Source of the DNA: Phoronis australis
Lineage: Eukaryota > Animalia > Phoronida
Length of the DNA stretch: 64,000 nt
NCBI GenBank assembly: GCA_002633005.1
Contig: NMRA01000536.1
Location: 134,440-198,439 of the forward strand
Direction: 5' to 3'
Each line of letters opens with the position of its first letter. Position 1 is the stretch's first letter. Shown in pieces: positions 63,433-64,000 of this stretch. Below the pieces are notes generated by a model that was not told the origin of the DNA, searched no databases, and worked only from the letters and a program-made list of their open reading frames with translations. A program made the position numbers and the translations under genes.

Positions 63433-64000
63433 TTAATATAGACCGGGATCCCAGAGGTTTTTGGGGCATGAAAAGGTCACCAATTTTCTTTGGTGCCACA
63501 GTGCTCTATGGGTATCGTGATGCTTGGAAATGGCCGCCTGGCAGGTTCGCTCTGGTGGGTGTGGTCAGGGGAGCCAAGAGAATGACAGTCAAAAATTGAG
63601 CTAGATCAAGTTTTCTGGTTACCACTTCAAACTGCCTTGGATACCGACTACGTAATCCACTGTATCAAAATTGGTCACTGCCAGACAATTTCAGTGGTGG
63701 GGAGTATCAGCCAGACGGTTATAAACAAGGTTATTATTTCGTCTACATTTTCTTACTTGGTACAGTGTATCCACGTTAACCGTGACTACGCAAGTGAACA
63801 CAAGCGTACACAGTAAACGCTCAATTAGCGGGTGTATTAACCGCTTACTACCATGTGAATATCTGCATTCGCACTTTTGAACTATAAGCACTGCCAAGTA
63901 CTTGTCTTCTTAATTAATGTTTTGTGCTATAACAAAGGTACATTTTGTCAGATCTGTGTTGCTATGACTGCCTCCATACATATTCCAGAGATTGTTCTCC

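Overview
AT-rich, intron-containing animal genomic DNA, most consistent with a marine invertebrate (spiralian-like repeat and gene content; the taxon is inference), with assembly gaps at 10914-10993, 22485-23131 and 38180-38928. Genes reconstructed by hand: (i) two paralogous C2H2-ZNF loci, one intact with 17 fingers (11720-13639) and one whose ORF (6732-7673) has about 10 acidic psi-K-x-E repeats and only decayed fingers after the stop; (ii) a minus-strand multi-exon astacin metalloprotease fused to a C-terminal farnesoic-acid-O-methyltransferase-like (Methyltransf_FA) domain (core 16041-20288, probable signal exon 29157-29237), with a ~2.6-kb tandem duplication of its zinc-binding exons; (iii) a degenerate protein kinase (30625-32495); (iv) a 4-exon GM2-activator/ML-domain gene (42080-52276); (v) a 3-exon perlucin-like C-type lectin (55759-58118). 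The rest is rich in transposons: a decayed ISL2EU-like element with THAP and YqaJ remnants, two TTAA-flanked THAP-bearing Kolobok-like elements, CAGTGG-terminated hAT-like elements (several with 5-bp TSDs), Harbinger-like MITEs, L1/Tx1-type LINE remnants and a Penelope-like inverted repeat with hammerhead-like motifs. The best candidates for novelty are the astacin-FAMeT fusion, the poly-SUMO-site ZNF derivative and a co-oriented array of CTCF-like motifs between the two ZNF loci. All calls come from reading the sequence; no searches were run.
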